This document shows positions 49,980-53,607 of a DNA stretch of 53,607 nucleotides, one piece after another. Position 1 is the stretch's first letter; each line of letters starts with the position of its first letter. The translations under genes and the position numbers were made by a program. Source of the DNA: Nitrospiraceae bacterium UBA2166 (GTDB taxonomy: Bacteria; Nitrospirota; Nitrospiria; Nitrospirales; UBA2166); assembly GCA_002328825.1 (NCBI GenBank), contig DCWI01000037.1:1-53607 (forward strand), in the 5' to 3' direction. A model generated the notes under the pieces. That model did no database searches. It had not been told where the DNA came from and worked only from the letters and a program-made list of their open reading frames with translations.

Positions 49980-50189
49980 GGGGGTGCAGCCTGACAAGTA
50001 CTGATTGTGGTGTCAGGCCTTGGTGCACGCAGATGACATGATGATGAATTGTCGCGTTATATTCAATTGTAAGACTTTAGAGAGGCATTGATATAGCATT
50101 AGAGCCAGAGCTGAAATCATGCATGATGTTTACGTATAGAAATTTCTTTATGCGCATAACATGGAGGGTTTTGGAAACAGGAGGGGATA

Positions 50190-50219
50190 TTGACATTAGT
50201 AAAACGATCGTTCTATTAT
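50190..50219 (+). promoter_or_regulatory. Candidate tetR promoter with a palindromic operator in the spacer
   Basis: TTGACA (50190-50195), an 18-nt spacer, then TATTAT (50214-50219). The spacer contains the palindrome AACGATCGTT (50203-50212). Confidence 0.5.
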
Positions 50220-50257
50220 TGGTGTTGAGTACGAAGGTAGAGTGGAGTATCAATTAA

Positions 50258-50839
50258 ATGCCGAGAAACAAAGAACACAGAAGGCATGAAGTGGTGGATG
50301 TTGCGACTTATGTGTTTTGGGATCGTGGATATGCGGGGACTTCTGTTGAGAACCTTGTGGAGGCCACAGGACTACATCGGCGGAGTATGTACGGGGAGTT
50401 TGGTGATAAGGCAGGACTCTTTCTTGCCTGTATTGATCATTATGGAAATACAACCTGGAAAAACTTGATCTCTATGCTACTCGTTCTCCCTGGTGGTCTA
50501 AAAAACATTGGAGTGTTTTTTAGGGATCGCGTTGATTATGCTGTTCCTGAGACATGTCGTGGGTGTTTATTTGTCAATACTATCATCGAGAAAAGCAGTG
50601 TGAGTTCGAATGCTCTTGAAAAGGTTTGTGGATATTTTGATTTGCTAGAAGAAGCCTTTTTTTCGTGTTTGGTGGCAGCTCAAGCAAGTGGGCATATTCC
50701 AGCACACAAAAATTGTCGAATTTTAGCAAAATATTTGACGCATTTCTTTGAAGGGTTAATGGTTGAGGGAAAAGCAAATCGTGACAGGGATTCATTAGCT
50801 TTTGCCGCACAGATTGCCATTGAATCGATAATTGCGTAA
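50258..50839 (+). CDS. TetR/AcrR family transcriptional regulator
   Basis: N-terminal HTH (VVDVATYVFWDRGYAGTSVENLVEATGLHRRSMYGEFGDK) is typical of TetR. Confidence 0.9.
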   Translation: MPRNKEHRRHEVVDVATYVFWDRGYAGTSVENLVEATGLHRRSMYGEFGDKAGLFLACIDHYGNTTWKNLISMLLVLPGGLKNIGVFFRDRVDYAVPETCRGCLFVNTIIEKSSVSSNALEKVCGYFDLLEEAFFSCLVAAQASGHIPAHKNCRILAKYLTHFFEGLMVEGKANRDRDSLAFAAQIAIESIIA

Positions 50840-50849
50840 CTTTTGTTGT

Positions 50850-50862
50850 AGAACGATCGGTT
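50850..50862. promoter_or_regulatory. Second copy of the GAACGATCG-type palindromic motif (candidate TetR operator upstream of pirin)
   Basis: AGAACGATCGGTT lies 11 nt after the tetR stop. It shares GAACGATCG(G/T)TTT with the reverse complement of the site at 50201-50213. Confidence 0.35.
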
Positions 50863-51027
50863 TTTTATGAGGTGTTTGGAGCCTTAGTTTTCGAGTGAAT
50901 CTTTTGCCGTATTTTATTCTCTGATGTGCGTGTTTATAGTATCGGAAGGAAAATAGTTTGAGGGGATGCTTCGTTTGTGCGCATTATTATTATTGGTACG
51001 CGATTAATAGGTTGAGGGGAGCATGAG

Positions 51028-51903
51028 GTGGTACAACAGCGTTATGTAGAGCAGATTGTAACTGCGCATTACCAAAGGGAAGGTGGGGGGTTTATGGTTA
51101 GGCGACCAATGCCAACTCGCAATCTTCCACTGATGGATCCGTTTTTGCTTCTCGATGAGCTTGGTCCTGTGGTCTATGCGCCTGGCGAGGCCATTGGAGC
51201 GCCAGATCATCCTCACCGTGGATTTGAAACAGTCACTTACTTGCTGCAGGGGGGGATAGAGCACAAGGATTCTGCTGGTCATGTTGGGAGATTGGGGGCA
51301 GGGGATGTGCAATGGATGACGGCAGGGTCTGGTATTGTTCACTCGGAGATGCCTACTCAGCAATTTTTTCAGGAAGGTGGTGCCATGCACGGATTTCAAC
51401 TTTGGGTGAATCTTCCTGCTGCTCTTAAGACGTTAGTGCCTCGCTATCAAGAGATTCCGCGAGAAAAAATTCCACATGGTTTATCTAAAGACGGATTGGC
51501 GCATGTGGTGGTTATCGCGGGTCGAGCTCTTGGCGTTGAGGGAGTGATTGATACGCACACTTCAGTTCATTACCAGGATTGGACATTGAAGCCTGGGGCT
51601 GACGTGCTCACCGATGTCGATTCCAAACATAGTGTGGGAGTCTATGTTTTCTCTGGGCAAATTAAAGTGGGGTGTGATTTACAGCACATCAACGCAGGTC
51701 AGTTCGCGGTATTGCGTGAAGGATTGTTGGTACGGCTTGTTGTGTTGCCGGAAGAAAGGACTGAGGCGCGTCTGCTTTTGTTAGCAGGCTTGCCTGTAAA
51801 TGAACCTGTAGTACGCCATGGACCATTTGTCATGAGCACTGAGGAGGAATTACAACAGGCTGTTTTGGACTACCAGAGTGGCCGTATGGGAAAAATTTCA
51901 TAG
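51028..51903 (+). CDS. Pirin family protein
   Basis: GGGFMVRRPMP...DPFLLLDE...HPHRGFETVTYLLQG...H.DS.G matches the pirin N-terminal cupin. GTG start follows GAGGGGAG. Confidence 0.9.
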   Translation: MVQQRYVEQIVTAHYQREGGGFMVRRPMPTRNLPLMDPFLLLDELGPVVYAPGEAIGAPDHPHRGFETVTYLLQGGIEHKDSAGHVGRLGAGDVQWMTAGSGIVHSEMPTQQFFQEGGAMHGFQLWVNLPAALKTLVPRYQEIPREKIPHGLSKDGLAHVVVIAGRALGVEGVIDTHTSVHYQDWTLKPGADVLTDVDSKHSVGVYVFSGQIKVGCDLQHINAGQFAVLREGLLVRLVVLPEERTEARLLLLAGLPVNEPVVRHGPFVMSTEEELQQAVLDYQSGRMGKIS

Positions 51904-51997
51904 CCAGCGGTGTAATACGGGGGAAACTCTAGGAAAAGCCTAGTAGCATGCAGATTTATGTGAAACCTTACCCAACGTTTACTGAGGAGGTGGCAAA

Positions 51998-52441
51998 ATG
52001 AAGATGCTCTTTCATACAGATGATAGGTGGTCGCTGTTGTGTCTTCGGGTTATGCTTGGTGTGGTCATATTTCCTCACGGAGCACAGAAGCTTTTTGGGT
52101 GGTTTGGAGGATTTGGGTTTGACGGAACCATAGGGTTTTTTACTGGAAAGATGGGTCTTCCGTGGATCATTGCGTTTTTGGTCATTATTGGGGAATCGTT
52201 GGGTGCTCTCGCACTCATCGCAGGGTTTCTTACGCGATTTGTGGCTGCGAGTTTAGCGATAATTATGGTTGGTGCGATTGCCTTGGCTCATTGGCCGCAT
52301 GGGTTTTTCATGGATTGGTTTGGTCAGCAGGGTGGTCAGGGATTTGAATTTCATTTGTTGGTTATTGGAATGTGTGTGGCTTTGGTGTTGGCCGGAGCGG
52401 GTAAATGGTCGGTGGATCAGGAAGTTGCAAAGAGACTCTAA
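51998..52441 (+). CDS. DoxX family membrane protein
   Basis: 147 aa with 4 TM segments. [24 protein letters not shown] is typical of DoxX. Confidence 0.85.
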   Translation: MKMLFHTDDRWSLLCLRVMLGVVIFPHGAQKLFGWFGGFGFDGTIGFFTGKMGLPWIIAFLVIIGESLGALALIAGFLTRFVAASLAIIMVGAIALAHWPHGFFMDWFGQQGGQGFEFHLLVIGMCVALVLAGAGKWSVDQEVAKRL

Positions 52442-52745
52442 GAGCCTGAGGCAATAGAACCAAGGTTTTTCTAGAACAATAACGTCTTAGGGTTTGATTT
52501 GATGTAGTGTTGCTCGTTTCTCGCCTCTTCAGTACGAAGACGGGTGATTTTGGGTTGCTCTACAGAATGAGGGATACTTCGTGGTACAGTGGGGGCGGTA
52601 TTGCCTGTTGGATTGTAGTCGCTCGGCCTTTTTTTTGTGTTCTAACGCGGAATACGTGAGCTATAAAATGGTAGTGACATCCTCGTGCAATTGATCTACA
52701 CTGGACTGAGGAGGTAGGGCCTGAGAGTTAGTTAAGGAGGTTTTT

Positions 52746-53607
52746 ATGAGACGCGTACCAACCAGTTCTTTTCTTCGGAGATTGATGGTCCCAGCCTACG
52801 GATTGATACTCCTTTTTCTCCTGTGTGTTCCTGGGCAGGGTATTGCCTCCGCTTCTTTGAGCGGGTTGGAGATTTTGGAATCTGCGTCAGCGTCTCTTAT
52901 TGAGCTTGCTGAGAGAGTTCATCCTGCGATTGTAAACATTTCTCGAGATACAAAGCTAAAGCCATCTGGGCAGCGGCCTTCTGGGTCTCGTCGGCCAGCA
53001 CCGGGGACAGGATCTGGCGCAATTATTGATGCTGAAGGATATATCGTCACGAACAATCATGTGGTGGGTGATGCGGAAACCGTAAGTGTTCGTCTGTGGG
53101 ATAAGACGAGTGTAGTCGGAAATGTGGTGGGGAAAGACCCTGATTCTGATTTAGCCGTGATCAAAATTGAGCCTGAGACTAAGCTTACCGCCGTGCCATT
53201 GGGAGATTCCTCCATAGTAAAGGTGGGGCAATTTGTGCTGGCTGTTGGAAACCCGTTTGGTTTGGATCATACTGTTACGCTTGGTGTTGTGAGTGGTCTT
53301 GGACGGCAGAATATGAATATCACGCGGTATGAGCAGTTCATTCAGACCGATGCCTCGATCAACCCTGGGAACAGTGGTGGACCACTCTTTAATCTCAAAG
53401 GGGAAGTGGTTGGGATTAATACGGCTATCATTCAAGCTGCCCAGGGTATTGGCTTTTCTATTCCTTCGAATATGGTTAGACAGATTACTACTCAACTCAT
53501 CAGTCACGGAACAGTGACTCGAGGGTGGCTGGGAATTGGAATTCAACAGTTAAATGCTGAGCTTGCTGAGAAACTAGGAGTTAAAGAGAATCAAGGGGTT
53601 CTAGTTA
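52746..53607 (+). CDS. HtrA/DegP-family periplasmic serine protease (5' partial, runs off the window)
   Basis: Not in the ORF track because it has no stop in the window. ATG 52746 follows AAGGAGG. It has a signal peptide and the catalytic triad contexts TNNHVV, DSDLAVIK and GNSGGPL. Confidence 0.9.
   Translation, partial: MRRVPTSSFLRRLMVPAYGLILLFLLCVPGQGIASASLSGLEILESASASLIELAERVHPAIVNISRDTKLKPSGQRPSGSRRPAPGTGSGAIIDAEGYIVTNNHVVGDAETVSVRLWDKTSVVGNVVGKDPDSDLAVIKIEPETKLTAVPLGDSSIVKVGQFVLAVGNPFGLDHTVTLGVVSGLGRQNMNITRYEQFIQTDASINPGNSGGPLFNLKGEVVGINTAIIQAAQGIGFSIPSNMVRQITTQLISHGTVTRGWLGIGIQQLNAELAEKLGVKENQGVLV

Noticed and set aside
53151-53546. A 131-aa minus-strand ORF near the window end, with a 62-aa + ORF at 53329-53517.
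   Set aside because: Both lie inside the HtrA/DegP reading frame, which shows clear catalytic-triad motifs. The track omitted that frame only because it has no stop in the window.

Overview
Bacterial chromosomal window with moderate GC by eye (not computed). I cannot assign a lineage from the sequence alone. Most of it is core housekeeping DNA.

Layout:
- 1-15.1 kb: a complete S10-spc-alpha ribosomal-protein supercluster, rpsJ to rplQ, including secY, map, infA, rpmJ and rpoA. There is no adk. It ends with a stand-alone GroES-like gene.
- 15.2-22.6 kb: rpmB and recG (divergent), a MlaE/MlaF-like ABC pair with degenerate catalytic motifs, DUF423, a HX4DH-motif Ni/Co transporter, and nadE.
- 22.7-29.3 kb: a nitrogen-control cluster. 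It holds a GAF-sigma54 activator, a frameshifted amtB relic hidden in a 557-nt gap, glnB, glnD and glnA.
- 29.5-33.7 kb: a same-strand block of poorly characterised genes: hypothetical, HemD-like, M23 peptidase, hypothetical, and a protein with four PCP_red-like repeats.
- 34-45.8 kb: SDR epimerase, a minus-strand pepP-archease-rtcB-cupin row, cytochrome c, ubiE plus a B12-type radical SAM gene, lipoprotein plus pentapeptide protein, nupC, and trmL.
- 46-53.6 kb: a secreted Spondin_N-like protein behind ureF-ureG-ureD (no ureABC or intact ureE nearby), a ~1 kb coding-poor gap, tRNA-Gln(UUG), tetR-pirin-doxX, and the 5' part of an HtrA/DegP protease that runs off the window.

I found no CRISPR array, transposase, integrase, phage gene or recognisable defence system. 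I do not see a convincing new multi-gene system. The most unusual items are:
- the amtB relic
- the orphan urease-accessory/Spondin_N row next to the tRNA
- the degenerate Mla-like pair
- the PCP_red repeat protein and its neighbours
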